A stretch of DNA of 64,000 nt from Chiloscyllium plagiosum (Eukaryota), in NCBI RefSeq assembly GCF_004010195.1, contig NC_057728.1:45716229-45780228 (forward strand), read 5' to 3'. The notes below the pieces were generated by a model. That model saw nothing but the letters and a program-made list of their open reading frames with translations. It made no database searches and had not been told where the DNA came from. Positions 38,641 to 52,515 of the stretch are shown piece after piece (position 1 is the first letter of the stretch; every line of letters starts with the position of its first letter). Position numbers and translations under genes: made by a program.

Positions 38641-39303
38641 AATTGCTGTCCTTGCTTTTTGTATTTTTCAGTTTTGATATGTGCCAAAATTTTAAAAGTA
38701 CTTCTAACATTGCTATTTGCCATTTCACAATTGGTAGTTTTTAAAAAGAAACAAGCAATTTCATTGATTGGTTCTATTGTTTTCACATTCTTCATCAATA
38801 TTGAACAAAGAGTCAAACAACATTCAATTAATTTATGTTCAGCCTATTGTATATTTGATCGTTGTTTTGACAAAAGAATTCTCGTTTTAACACGATTAAT
38901 TTTTGTGCCAAGCATGGGGAATGCTCCAAGCTGACATTGTATGCAATTATATCTTTGAAAGGCTCCTGTTTTGAATAGTTGATGCAAAAGTTTTAATTTT
39001 CCAGATAAACAAACAAGACAGTAAATGCTGTCATTTGTACTCATCTGCATGGAAACAATATTTTAATGCACAAGAAGCAATTACATTTGGAGGTCTTTTC
39101 ATTGGCATTTGGAGTGCCAATTGCAAGTGTAATTTAATTCCAAACTTGCTAGGTGTCCTTTTTACTCTAGAGTGAGAAGGCCATAAGAGATTGGAGCAGA
39201 AATTAGGCCATTCAACCCACTGAGTTGGCTCTACCTTTCAATCATGGCTGATAGGTTTCTCAACCCCGTTCTCATCCTTGATCCCTTTGACAATCAAGAA
39301 CTT

Positions 39304-39494
39304 GCTGGAACAGCACAGCAGGTCAGGCAGCATCCAGGGAACAGTAGAATCGACGTTTCAGGCCCTTCTGAAGAAGGGCTTATGCCCGAAACGTCGATTC
39401 TCCTGTTCCCTGGATGCTGCCTGACCTGCTGCGCTGTTCCAGCAACATATTTCAGCTCTGATCTCCAGCATCTGCAGACCTCACTTTCTCCTCT
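39304..39494 (+). mobile_element. Penelope-derived fold-back mini-element, 12-bp TSD
   Basis: Inverted arms around a hammerhead motif; TSD AATCAAGAACTT at 39292-39303 and 39495-39506. Confidence 0.9.
39368..39395 (+). ncRNA. Minimal hammerhead ribozyme motif (intact core)
   Basis: CTGAAGA-A-GGGC-TTAT-GCCC-GAAA-CG-TC: conserved core, 4-bp stem II, palindromic ACGT stem III, GUC triplet. Stem I is weak. Confidence 0.7.
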
Positions 39495-40869
39495 AATCAA
39501 GAACTTACCTGTCTCAATCTTAAATACACTCAATGATCTGGCCTCTATACCCCTCTGTGGCAATAAATTCCATCGACTAACCACTCTCTGGCTGAAGAAG
39601 TTCTCCTTATCTCTGTTCTAAAAGGTCTTCCTTTTGCTCTATGGCTGTGCCCTCAGTTCCTAGTCTCTACTATCAATGGAAATTTCTTCCCAACGTCCAT
39701 TCTGTCCAGGTCATTCAGTATTCCGTAAGTTTCAATTAGATCCTCCTTCACCCTTCTAAACTCCATGAAGTACAGGCACAGAGTCCTCCAACGTTCCCCA
39801 AATGTTAAAGCTGTTCATTCCTGGTACAATGCATCTTTCCTGAGATATGAGGCCCAAAACTGCACACAATACTCTAAATGTGGTCCGACCAGAGTGTTAG
39901 AGAGCTTCTAATGAATGTAAGAATACAAAAAAAAACAAGTGGAACAATATAGAACTCAATGGAACACTAAAGTATATGAATTTTGGCTTCATGCCCATTC
40001 ACCTGTAACCTGGATAAGAAATTCTTCACATTTTTATTAACAGCATGAAATTACATTGATGCAGTTTGGTTATAAAAGCATATGCAGAATCTGGAGCTAA
40101 TGCATTGTGAATAAATCATTCATATCTATTAATATTAACCTTTATTGTTTCATAATGTGTATTGATGTGGAAGATTGATTTGAATCTTGATCATCTTACT
40201 TGCAGGATTTTGACATTTGGATAAGAAAACATCAAATATCATTTGCTGAACAAATGCATGTATCGATCTGTAAGATCACAACTTGACCAGCTGATCCACA
40301 CCTTAGTTTCTGAAGAAAAGACCATGATCCCTCACTTTCACCAAACAGCAGGTTATGAGGGAAGCACAGACCAAAGATATGACTGTAAATCTTGTGCTGA
40401 CAATGCAATCACGGAAAGCTGGGTTAGTCAAGGAGTTCAATGTGAGAAAAGGAAGGAGGTAATCTTTTACTTTGGCTTTTTCTGTCTTTGTTAACCTTCA
40501 GGAAACCATGCTATGAAAAGTTACATGTGAATTTGATAAGAGAAAATATCAACAGTGACATAAATGGAGAACTGTAAGGTCATTAATCTTTAGTCGTATG
40601 TTTATATTTTAAAATGCTAAAGTAAGCTTAAGTTGTAGCAGAGAAGCTCAGCCATGTTGAATTTGAATCCTATGACACCTGGGGAATCGTGGATATTTCA
40701 CATAACCGAGATGACCACAAGACAGACCATAGGATCGAGGGACTGAAGTAAGCCATTTAGCCTATCAAGTCTGGTCCACTATTCAATGAGATCATGGCTG
40801 ATTTGATAATCCTAAACTCTAACTTCCTCTCTTATCCCCACAACCCTTGATTTCCTACCTAATTAAAGT

Positions 40870-41640
40870 ACAGGAAGTGTTACTGATTGCATAAACTTGA
40901 GCAGTAGCTGGAATCACTGTGGTGCATCCATGAGGCTGGGAGTTGCCTGGATTACTGCTGCAGTTGATAGTTCTTCAGAAGACTGCAAATAATGCCAGGA
41001 CCATGGCACTACAAGTAGGCCAGGAGGGAAGGAGGAAGAGTGAAACAGGAGTAGTGATGGGTGATTCATTAGTTAGGAGAATAGACAAGCATTTCTGAGG
41101 CCACAAAAGTAACTTAAGGATGGTATGTTGCCTCCCTGGTGCCAGGATCAAGGATGTCACAGAACGGCACATTCTTTTGGGGTAAGAGTGATCATCCAGA
41201 GGTCACAGTCCACAGTCCCTGGTGTTGTGTGATTTTTAACTTTGTACACCCCAGTCCAACACCGGCATCTCCAAATCATCATATTGATATCAACAGTGTA
41301 CATTGATTGGGGGATGTGGTCCTGCAATAAAACTTAGGAAGCTATGTAAAAAATTAGCAAGCAGCACTTCAAAAGTAGCAATTTCCAAAATACTCCAGTG
41401 CCATGTGTAAGTGAGTAGGGAAATTGGAGGATAAGACAGATGAGTTAGTGGCTGGAAAGATCATATAGGAGGAAGGCTTCAAATTCCTGGCATGCTGTAC
41501 CTAGCTCTGGCAAAGACAGCAAATGCACAAGCCAATGGGTTGCACCTGAACAGGACAGAGACTGAGTTCCTTGTAAGGCGCTTTGCTGGTGTTATTAGGG
41601 AGACTCTAAACTAACTCTGCAGGCATTTGGGAACCAGGAA
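40870..41640 (+). mobile_element. CR1 ORF1 (SGNH esterase) fragment
   Basis: GTGATGGGTGATTCATTAGTTAGG (VMGDSLVR) and TGCCTCCCTGGTGCCAGG (CLPGAR), homologous to 15060-15550. Confidence 0.75.
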
Positions 41641-41649
41641 AGAATATAG

Positions 41650-43952
41650 AACAGAGAACATTACAGCGCAGTACAGGCCCTTCAGCCCTCAATGTTGCAC
41701 CAACCTGTGAAACCAATCTGAAGCCCATCTAACCTACACTATTCCATTGTCATCCATATGCTTATCCAATGACCATTTAAATGCCCTTAAAGTTGGCGAG
41801 TCTACAACTGTTGCAGGCAGGGCGTTCCATGCCCCTACTACTCTCTTGAGTAAAGAAACTATCTCTGACATCTGTCTTATTTCTATTACCTCTCAATTTG
41901 AAGATATGCCCCCTCATGCTAGCCATCACCATCCTAGGAAAAAGGCAATCACTGTCCACCCGATCTAATCCTCTGATTATCTTATATGTCTCAATTAAGT
42001 CACCTCTCAACTTTCTTCTCTCTAATGAAAACAGCCTCAAGTCCCTCTGTAATGTTGAAAGATTAAATGGGAATATCTCTCTGGACATTAATGTAACATT
42101 AAAGGGTTAAACGTCACTGTCTTTGGGTGGAGACAACACTCATGCAAGAATGTGGATGACTCCCCACTCCATTAAGACAGTCATTTGCTATTACTCTCCT
42201 GCTATTTTCAAATCAAGCTATCGTTCAATCTCTTCCATTTAGAAACACTTTCTAGCGATCCCCCAAAGCTAGTATGTCACACCTACATTGTCTTGGGAAA
42301 TTACTGAGTCAGGAAACCATCTGCATAACAATTCCCCAGGATTAGGGCAATAGCATTATCTCAGAAGATAATCTCATCCTACCATTGTAACTGTGAGTAA
42401 CTGGGAGTTGCCTTCAATGACTGTGGGGAAGTGGCTAGAGTATCTGTAAGCATGACCAAATGACCTGTAAAACGGGGATGTGTTTTCTTTGTTCAGGGCC
42501 TCTTTGACTCGACTTTGCACACCTGTGAAGAGGATCAAAGGGGGTCACTTAGCTTGTACAAGCTTTAATAAACTTTAACTGTTTGCAGAAATTGGTGGGC
42601 GCGAATTTCATATTGTGTGTGAGACCTCAGGAAAAGAACCTAACACCTTAAACTTTCCTCATAAGACCTTGCCTCCATACCAGGCAATATCCTAGTAAAT
42701 ATCCTCTGAACTCTTTCCAAAACTTCCACATCCTTCCTATAATGCAGTGACCAGAACTGTACGCAATTCTCTAAGTGCGGCTGCACCAGAGTTTTATGCA
42801 GTTGCAGCATGACCTCATGGTTCCAAAACTCACTCCCTCTACCAATAAAAACTAACACACTGTATGCCTTCTTAACACCCTATCAAACTGTGTGGCAACT
42901 TTCAGGGATCTATGTACATGGACACTGAGATCTCTCTGCTCATCTACACTGCCAAGAATCTTACCATTTGCCCAGTAGTCTCTATTCCTATTACTCCTTC
43001 TAAAGTGTATCACCTCACACTTTTCTGCATTAAACTCCATTTGCCACCTCTCAGCCTAGCTTTGCAGCCTACATATGTCCCTCTGTAACTTACAACATCC
43101 TTCAGCACTATCCACAACTGTACCAACCTTAGTGTCTTCCATAAATTTACTAACCCATCCTTCTACGCCCTCATCCCAGGTCGTTTATAAAAATGACAAA
43201 CAGCAGTAGACCCAAATCTGATCCTTGCAATACACCACTAGTAATTGAACTCCAGGATGAACATTTCCCATCAAACGCCATCCTCTGTATTCTCTCAGCT
43301 AGCCAATTTCTGATCCAAATCACTAAATAACCCTCAATTCCATGCCTCCATATTTTGTATAGTAGCCATTCATGGGGAACCTTATCAAATGCCTTATGAA
43401 ATCCATATACACCACATCAACCACTCTACCCTCATCCACCTGTTGGTCACCTTTTCAAAGAACTCAATAACATTTGTGAGGCATGACCTACCCTTCACAA
43501 AACTGTGTTGACTATCCCTAATCAATTTATTCCCATCAAGATGATTATAAATCCTCTCTCTTATAACCTTTTCCATAATTTTACCCACAACTGAAGTAAG
43601 GCTCACTGGTCTATAATTACCAGGGTTGTCTCTACTCCCCTTCTTGAACAAGGGAACAACATTTGCCATCCTCTCATCTTCTGGTACTACTCCTGTAAGC
43701 AAAGGCGACAAAGATCTAAGCCAAAGGCTTCGCAATCTCCTCCCTGGCTTTCCCAGAAAATTCTAGGATAAATCCCATCCGGCCCAGCGGATTTATCTAT
43801 TTTCACACTTTCCAGAATTTCTAACGCCTCCTCCTTTGAACCTCAACCCATCTGGTCTAGTAGTCTGTTTCTCAGTATTCTCCTTGACAACATTGTCTTT
43901 TTGCAGTGTGTATACTGACAAAATATATTCATTTAGCACTTCCCCTATCTCC
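41650..43952 (-). mobile_element. CR1 LINE RT/3' portion (~1.7 kb), split by a solo LTR
   Basis: ORFs ANVVPLFKKGSRDNPGNYRPVSLTSVVGK, MEFNAEKCEVIHF, LHKTLVQPHLENCVQFWS, LFSLERRKLRGDLIETYKII. Confidence 0.92.
42048..42645 (+). mobile_element. Solo LTR (598 bp)
   Basis: TGTAA...TAACA termini, AATAAA at 42567-42572, imperfect 4-bp TSD CCTC/CCTT; the CR1 host is continuous on either side. Confidence 0.75.
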
Positions 43953-46221
43953 TGAATAGCACATTCTTGTTAAGTACAGATACATAGTTAGCATTTTCAG
44001 TTAACCCTAGTCCATCCCTCAGGTAAATGGAGGAATTGAGTACTTTGAATCAATCTCTAACTTTTGTAATGCCCCCAGGTAGTGGACTGGAGTATTAGCA
44101 CACTTTCACAGAATGGGACGTGACATGATGGAACGACAAAAATAAGCAGATGACACCTGACTAAACAAAATTCCGCATACACAGTACACTTATCACCTAG
44201 TCTGTACCTTAACTCCCCAGAAGACTTCACTGAAGCTTTGACTCCTGTCATGTAACACTGTGAGAGATTAATAAGGTTCTAGATTTCATAAATATGCATC
44301 CTGCTATGTTGCTGCCTTTGATTTGTTAAAAGATTTATGACCAGTATGTAATACTTTACCTGGAGTTACCAGAAGTCTGCCAACATAGATATGAAATTAA
44401 TTCACAGTCCGCTCAACTAATCAAAGTGATCCACAGAATTAATTTGGGAAACAAACTGGAATAGCCTCAGAGAAAGCAGCCAGGGAAACTCTCAACCTGA
44501 TGCCCACAGCAAAGTTTTCAAACTAAAATGATCAAAAATCTCCTTACCCAACCTGGTAATACACAGCAAGGATAAGATACCCTTCATATGCTAAGTACTG
44601 ACCCTTGTATAGAGGTCAATTAATTAGCATGATATACAATTCAAAGTGGTTTGCATTTGGCATTCATATTCAGAACAGAGCACGCACATGGAGAAAAGTT
44701 TACTTTAAGTGCAATTTCCATACAAAACATTTCCAATTGAAAATTATTGTATCTTTACAAACTTGACGAACAAAGTATCTTTTTGGGAGAAAATATTGGG
44801 AGGGGGGGGTGGAGAAGAGGGGGAGAGTAACTTTACATAAACAGCAGAGATTGATTGCAAAGGAACCATTGAAATGATAGAGAACAGAAGGGGGCCATTG
44901 AGCCCATCTTCTCCATGCCAATACAAAGACAACCAGGTGTCGTTTTAGTCCTTTCTTCCTTCAGATGGGCCCATTGCCCTGCAGCTTACAGTATTTAAAG
45001 ATGCAAAATACTGGTACTTAAAAAAAATACAGTTTTAGAATCTCTGCCTCCACAACCAACTTAGGTAGTGAATTCCAGATAGCCACCATCCTTTGCTTAA
45101 AAAGGTATATCCTCATGTCCCCTCTAATCCTTCTGCCACTTGAATCTGTGACTGCTGGTTTTTGAACTCACTGCCAAAAGAAACAGGCTCCTCCTGTCAA
45201 CTCCATATCTACCCTTCATAATTTTGTATACCTCAATCATTTCAAACCTCACTCTTCTCTGTTTCTAGAAAAACAACGCAGACATCTCCAATCTCTCCTC
45301 ATAACTGCAATTCACCAACCCTGACAACATTCTAATAAATTTTCTCTGCATGAGTGAGTAAAACCAGGTGCACAAAATACTGGGACAGACAAGTAGCACA
45401 AGCATGGAGAACAGATATCTGGCTCAGGAGTAACTGATTGGAGATATTAAAACATTCTAAATTATGGTTACACTTTTTGTAATGGGTCTCTGTGTAGTTA
45501 CTACACAAAGTATAATAAATAAAACTGGTGAATTACAGGCACAGATTTCCATATGGAATTATGATGTGGCAATAATAGACCTAGTTGAAGGAAAGGCAGG
45601 AGTGGATATTACATTTTTCTGGTTACAGAATGTTTGGGAAAGTTAGAAATTGAAGATATTTAAGGGGAATGTTCCATTACTGTAGAAAAAAGTATGCTTC
45701 AGAAGGTTCAAGGACACAATCAATTTAGCTAAAGCTAAGGAACAAGGAGGATGTAATTACATTATTGAGTGTATTCAACAAACAAATCTGTAAGGAAATT
45801 ATAGTAAGGTACCAGCATTGTGGAATAGTTAAAATGAGAAACTTTAATTACCTGAAAATGACTAAGAAAGTCAAAGTACTAAGGACAGAGAGGGATAAGC
45901 ATTCTGATGTTATGTTCAGTAAAGTTTCCTACACCAATAGGTGTCCAGTTCAACAAAAAGGAGGCACTACTACAACTGGCCATTGGAAATGAAATAGGAC
46001 AAATAGATCAAGAGTCAGTGAATGAACATATATTTATTGTCTATATTATAGGGTGTACAATTATAGTGGAAAAGGATAATAGACAAAACGCAATTAACTG
46101 AGGGACAGCCAACTTCCATGGGGCAAGAAGGAGCTGAACTGGATAGACTAGAGACAAAGGTTAGTGGAAAGATTGTAGCTGAACAATATGCTACTCTCAA
46201 ACAAAAGATAGTTCAACTAAT

Positions 46222-46385
46222 AAAAAAAATGAACTGTGGATGATGGAAATTACATATAAAAACAGAAATTGCTGAAAAAACTGTTTCAGTTCTGAAGAAG
46301 GGTCATTGGACCTGAAACGTTAATTCAGCTTTCTCTCCATAGATGCTGCCAGATTTGCTGAGCTTCTCCAGCAATTTTTGTTTTA
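46222..46385 (+). mobile_element. Penelope-derived mini-element (partial fold-back) with hammerhead motif
   Basis: AAACAGAAATTGCTG / CAGCAATTTTTGTTT inverted ends; same family as 13238. Confidence 0.75.
46288..46325 (+). ncRNA. Minimal hammerhead ribozyme motif (intact core)
   Basis: AGTT-CTGAAGA-A-GGGTC-ATTG-GACCT-GAAA-CG-TT-AATT: 4-bp stem I, 5-bp stem II, ACGT palindrome, GUU triplet. Confidence 0.7.
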
Positions 46386-46984
46386 GTCCAGATAATAAAG
46401 ATGAGAAAGTGTGATAATGTTATGTTTGAGGTAGAAAATACAACTGAGAATGAAACTCAGCACAAAATTTTCAGAAGGGAAATGAAAAAGCAAATAAGTG
46501 AAGCAAAGAGGAAATATGAAAAAAACTGGCAGCTAATTTAACAAGGAATCCCAAACTGTTGTTTCATATATATTAAGTAAAAAGCCATTAAAAAGGAGGA
46601 ATAGAGCAAATGAGGATCTAAGAAGGGATGTTGATGAGGTATTTATTTATTTTACTCCTGTCTTTACCAAGGAAGCAATCGTTACTAAGACCATAGTGAC
46701 AGGACAAAACACAGCCACAAAAAGGGTTCACAATTGATAAGGAGGTTTTACATAAGCTTTTGGAACTTAGAGTTGACAAGGAACCAGGATGATATAACAT
46801 GCATCCAGGGATATTGAAGGAAGTGAGAGTAATCTTTCTGTCTTTGTTGGACAAGGTGACAATGCCAGTGAACTGGAGAACTGCAAATATTACACTCTTG
46901 TTCAAAAAAAGGTTTGTAAACAATACAGTTTAACTTTGGGAATGCAGATACTTCCAGAACTAATGAATTTCTGGGGGCTGGGGG

Positions 46985-47315
46985 GCACGGCTCAGGGAGT
47001 GGCATGGTGGCTCACTGGTTAGCACTGCAACCTCACAGTACCAGTCACCCAGGTTCGATTCCAGCCTTGGGCGACTATATGTATGGAGTTTGCTCATTCT
47101 CCCTGTGTCTGCGTGGGTTTCCTCTGGGTGCTCCGGTTTCCTCCCACAATCCAAAGATGTGCGAGTCACATGGATTGGCCATGCTAAATTGCCCATAGCG
47201 TTAGGTGCATTAGTCAGAGGGAAATGTGTCTGGGTGGGTTACTCTTCGGAGGGTCGGTGTGGAGTTGTTGGACCAAATGGCCTGTTTCCACACTGTAGGG
47301 AATCTGACCTAATAA
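46985..47315 (+). mobile_element. HE1/V-SINE-like SINE
   Basis: Same head, core and tail as 1381-1700. Confidence 0.85.
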
Positions 47316-47355
47316 TATTTCGATAAAGGGAGAAAAATTGGGTTAATTAGGAAGT

Positions 47356-47549
47356 AAGTGAGGACTGCAGATGCTGGAGATCAGAGCTTAAAAATGTGTT
47401 GCTGGAAAAGCGCAGCAGGTCAGGCAGCATCAAAGGAGCAGGAGAATTGACGTTTCGGGCATAAGCCCTTCTTCAGGAATGAGGAGGGTGTGCCAAGCAG
47501 GCTAAGATAAAAGGTAGAGAGGAGGGACTTAGGGGAGGGACGTTGGGAA
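47356..47549 (-). mobile_element. Penelope 3' terminal fragment with hammerhead motif (47449-47476), 12-bp TSD
   Basis: Minus strand CTGAAGAAGGGCTTATGCCCGAAACGTC; TSD TAA(T/C)TAGGAAGT at 47344-47355 and 47550-47561. Confidence 0.85.
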
Positions 47550-50500
47550 TAACTAGGAAGTTCCAGCATGCAGTTTGCCAGTGGAAAATCATGTTTCACT
47601 AACTTACTGGAGTTATTGGAACAGGGAACAGACAGGGTTGATCTAGATAATGCTATTCATGTAGCGTAGATAGACTTCCAAAAGGTGTTTGATACAACAG
47701 ATGGAAAAAAGTTAGCATCCATGGAATAAAAGGCACTGTAGTAAAAGTGGATTAAAAAAATGACTTGCAAAGTAGTGTAATGCTGAATGGCTATTTTTCA
47801 AGCTGCCGCAAACTTTATAGTGAGGTCCATTTAGAGTCAGTATTGGGACTCTTAGATTTCATGATTTATCTAATAATCTAGATCTTGGAGTGCAAGGGAC
47901 AATTTCAAAGTTTTGTGGGTGATTAAAAATAACTTGGAAGGTTAATATATGTGAGGAGAATAGTATAGAACATCAAATGGACATTGATAGCAGATGAAAT
48001 GGGTGAATAGGCAGATGGCAGATGAAGTTCAATGTGCAAAAGTGTGAGGTATTATATTTTGGCAGAAACAAAAGCATGAAGATAGAGTACAAAGTCAAGG
48101 GTACTACTCTAAAAATGTGTAGGAGCAGGGAGATCTGGGTGTATAGTGCATAAGGCATTTAAGGTGGCAGGACAGGTGCAGGCAGCAGTTAATAAGATAC
48201 TAGTATCTTATGATTTATTAATAGTGTCATTGAATAGAGGGACAGGGAGGTTATGTTGAATTTATAAAATAACAGTTTGACAGCAACGTACACAATAACA
48301 GTACATTTCTGAGTGCCTGACTTTAGGAAGGACATATATGCATTGTAGAGGTTGTTCCAGAGATGAGAAAGTTCATTTAAAAAGATAGACTAGAGAAGAT
48401 GAGACTATTTTCCTTGGAAAGGCAGGGGCTGACAGGAGATTGGGTTGAAGTTTTCAAAATTATGAAGCGGCTTGGACAGAAATAGACAGGGAGAAACTGT
48501 TCCAGCTCATGAATGGATCAAGAATGAGCTGGCACAGATTTAAATTGAATTGCAAAAGAAGTAAACATGTTGCGAGAAAACACTTTTTCACATAGCCAAT
48601 GTTTCAGATCGAGAATGCACTTTCTGGAAGCGGAAATCAATCAAGGTATTCAAGAGGACATCAGATGATTAATCAACAGAAATAACATGAAGTGTCATGG
48701 GATAAGGGCAGCAGAATGGCACCATCATGTTGACCAGACAGCTGGTGCAGATCTGAAGGACTGAATGGCTTCCTGCACTAAGCAGTTCTGATTTTAATTT
48801 TCCAACACGCAATTGCTAAGTGTACTTGCTAAACTTGTCCTAGCATTACACTGATAGTCTCACCACCTTCACGACTGTCCAGCCACATTTAACTCTATTT
48901 AGAAAAAAATTATAGCATTCCCTCTTTTCTAATCTTTCTCATTCTCATCAGAAAATGAAGAGAAAGTAGAGAGCGGCATACAGTTAAAATAAAAACAAAA
49001 CCTATTTACTGAAATATAAGCCCAAAAATGCTCAATCTACCAACATTAGAAAGCAAAAAAGACAGGCTACCACTTCAGAAGGATATTAATCAATTCTAAA
49101 CAAAGAATGTCCACCCAAAATATCAGAGTGCGTTTTTCATATGTTCATATCTCCTCATCAAATTATAGACTTTTACCGACCATTTTAATATGCTGTTAAA
49201 TGGCAAAAATTGGTTCATTGCACTAAGTTCCATGTGGCCATTTTATTACTGGTATCTAGGCTATACATGTGAGCCATTGCTTCAGGCTTATATTTTACAT
49301 CTGCTATTTTAGTCATTTCAGAGATAGAAATTGATCTTGTTGCACCCACTTTCCACATGGCTATAATGACTAATTTTGGAATGTAATGTTGTATACTTGT
49401 TCTGTGTCTATGTTTTTTTTAATGCAAGCATTCTGCTGGCCACCTAGAACTGGTGGTTACTTATTTAAAGAGCAGCCTAATATCCGTTTTTGGTTTAGTT
49501 GCTAAAATTAGTTGCCGATCATTGGAACAAGCACCCAGACCTCCTCCACTTATTTGGATTCTTTAGTAGCTTACACAGGTTTTTTTTAACATCAGTATTC
49601 ATTGCTGTGAATTCCATTCATCCACAACATCCATATCACACCATCACACAATGTCACGCTATTATTCCACCCATCACAACTCTATTGTACATCTCCTTAT
49701 CAAATTATAGACATTTACTGACCATTTTAATAACCTATTAAATGGCAAAATTGGTTCATTGCACTAAGTTCCATGTGGCAAAAAGGACTAATTTTAGGTC
49801 ACAATGTTGCATATCTATTCTGTGTCTGTATTTTTTCTGTTATAGTTTTGGTAAAGCCTATTTTTCAGGCTTTTTGGTGGCCATCTAAAACAGGTATCTC
49901 TGTCAAAAGGATGTGGAGATAGATATAATGCTTCTTGCAATGTTCATCTCAAGCACTTCTGTGATGCAGGACTAGGTGGTCCACAGACTGTTCCCAGGGA
50001 TGCACAGGTAAACATCAACCACACCCAGAGGGCAACTAACTTTGTGAAAGACACTTGTAGGGATGCCTGAAATCTACTGGTCTTCCAATGCAAGGAGTTG
50101 TCTTCTGTTGAATGTTGCAGGCTGGTCCATTCCAAGGCTCAGGACTAGGTCCTGAGGGAAGCTCTAAAATTCAAGGGTGTTGCCACAGAAGCACAAAGAG
50201 AAGGTCATAGTCTAAGGTCTTCCAGCAGTTGTACATCAAGAGGCTGGAAACTGTATAACACCTTGATCAGGCCTTACAAAGAATGTACATTGTGAAAAAT
50301 CAAGCGAATCAAAAATGTATTGAAGTTACTCAGAATGGAACGTGGTGTATGGAGAAAAAATTACTTCTGCTCCACTTTTGGTAATTTTGAATTTGAAATA
50401 TCTTGCATTTGGGCCGTGTAGCTGACATGGAATCTATGTTGTCAATAGTAAGGCAATTGAAAATAAATTGTATGGAACATGCTGTCTGAAAACAATTCGA

Positions 50501-50839
50501 ACATCATTGCAGACTCTGTTGCATTTAAGTTCAAATGTTTTGTGATGTATTAACAGTATTTTTGGAGGAAAAATAAACTTGCCTTCAGGCCGCTGGCAAC
50601 AATGACAAGTTCCTTGGTATTCATATCTTCAAACAGTGCAGATGCCACGAGAAGCAACATGGGTTTGGTTGGCTTGTCTATACATTTTGTGTCTGGCTTC
50701 AGATGGATTCAAAATGGCTTTCACCACACGTCCCAAACTGTTTCTGAACACAGAAATAGTGTCCAGCTAAATTTCTCCCCTTAAATCTTGTAATTAATTC
50801 AAAGATAATAATTTTTTAACAGTGGAAATTCTTAAAATC

Positions 50840-51840
50840 ATAGAATTCCACAGTACAAGAATACCATTCAACCCATTGCTCCTGAAAGGAAGACCTAGCT
50901 AGTCCAATTATTCTGCCCTAAATCCATAGCTCTTTAAATTCATTACTTTCAATATATATCCAGGTCTGTTTTGAGACCTCCTATGGAATCTACTTCCACT
51001 ACTCACCCTGGCAGCACATTCCAACTCCAAACAATTCTGAGTACAGACTTTTCTCCTCATCTCACTCCGAGCTCTCTTGCTGACAATCTTGAAATTGTTG
51101 TCCTTAGTTACTGACATACCAACTATATAGGCATAATATCTTTCATTACGCTGTCAAAAGTGTGTATAACATCGAATTCCTCAATAAAAGTCACCTGCTA
51201 ATCTTCTCCACTCCAAGAAGAATAAGCTCAATATATCTTTCCTTACACCCAAAATCCCTCACTCTGTATCAGTCCAGTAAATCTCCTTTGAATTCTCTCT
51301 AAAGCTTTAAGTGAAGGTGCCCAGAACTAAACATAGTACTCCAAATGTGGAGGGACCATTGATTTGTGGAGGTATAGCAGCACTTCCTTGCTTTTATACT
51401 CTATGCGTCTATTTATAAACCCAAAGATTCTACGAGCCTTCTTAGCAATTGTTTCAGGGAATCATACATGTGATTCTGCACCAGTCACTCTGCACTGGTC
51501 TTTCTCTCAAAGCCTGCATTGTCTCTAGGTATTTCTTCTATCAAAATGCATTGTCTTGCATTTCTCTACATTGAAATTCTGCATGGCCAATGTGTCCCAA
51601 GTTCCTGAGCACAATTCACTACTCTTGTTAGCTTTGTGTCATCTGCAAATTTAGAGATTTTGCCCTCAGCATCCATATCCAAATCATTTATAGAAAAAGC
51701 AAGGGTTGCAATACTGATCCCCAGGGAACACCACTTTTAACTCATCTCCAATCTGAGAAATACACATCAATATCAACCCTGTTTCCTATCTTTTAGCCAT
51801 ATTTCTAATCCATGCTGCCAAGCAGCCATTAATCCCCAAA
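50840..51840 (-). mobile_element. Old CR1 3' fragment
   Basis: NFKIVSKRARSEMRRKV C-terminal motif; reverse complement of TTTGCAGATGAC (FADD) at ~51640. Confidence 0.7.
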
Positions 51841-52099
51841 ATTAATAAATATGACAAAAAATATAGATATAAAAAGAAATAAATGCAATGATGCTGAAAA
51901 TCCAAAATAAAAATGTTAAGCAGCAAACACATACACATAAAAGCAGAGTAACTGAAAGTACTCAAGTCAGCTTGTTTAACTGGACTGACTAAAACAAAAA
52001 TAAAAAGGAAAACAACAGGTCAGAGGTATAAAACGTTGTACTAATTGTAATAAGCAGCTACTCGGTTTAAAATAACCAAACTTACAATTGTGCAGTATT

Positions 52100-52515
52100 T
52101 TTCACAAATTCAATATGTTAAAGCAGGTATGCAAATAATTAAATATTTTGAGTTGTAGTCACTGTCAAAATACAATAAGTACAGCTGTCAGTTGTGTCAA
52201 ACGACATTACACAAATGGTAATGAGCAGAGAATCTGTTTTACTGCTGCTGATTGAGTAATAAATATTGGCTGGGAACTTGGAAGAATTATTACTTGGAAG
52301 AAGCTTTCCTTCATAATAGTGTCACGTTATCTACTGTGTGCACCTTAACACAAACCTTAGCCTAATGTCTCATTGAAAAATTACACCTCCAATAATGCAA
52401 TATTCCTTCAGCGATGTAGTGAAGGAGCAGCATTTCAATCTGTGCTGGAATGTGTAGAGCACACCTCAAACTTACAGCCTTCCTACAGAGAAGCAAGCAT
52501 GCCAGCACTGAGCCA
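52100..52515 (-). mobile_element. Decayed Deu-domain SINE (SacSINE1-like)
   Basis: Minus strand GGCTCAGTG head, then GGAGGTG...ATGAGACATT and CCAATATTTA..CTCAATCA, recalled as Deu-domain-like. Confidence 0.45.

Larger units (their letters stand above)
39180..39910 (-). mobile_element. CR1 LINE 3' fragment
   Basis: VVSRWNLLPQRGIEARSLSVFKIETGKFL is a CR1 C-terminus; split by the insertion at 39304-39494. Confidence 0.8.
44870..48790. mobile_element. CR1 3' end (-, ~44870-45350) abutting an old CR1 ORF2 (+, ~45450-48790) with three nested insertions
   Basis: TTQSIINKTGELQAQISIWNYDVAII (APE start), GACTTCCAAAAGGTGTTTGAT (DFQKVFD, RT), ATGAAGTTCAATGTGCAAAAGTGTGAG (MKFNVQKCE). Confidence 0.75.

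Noticed and set aside
39244..39621. ORFs with Cys-rich text (FPGCCLTCCA; also 53106-53507)
   Set aside because: Translations of the non-coding Penelope fold-back element, not a gene.
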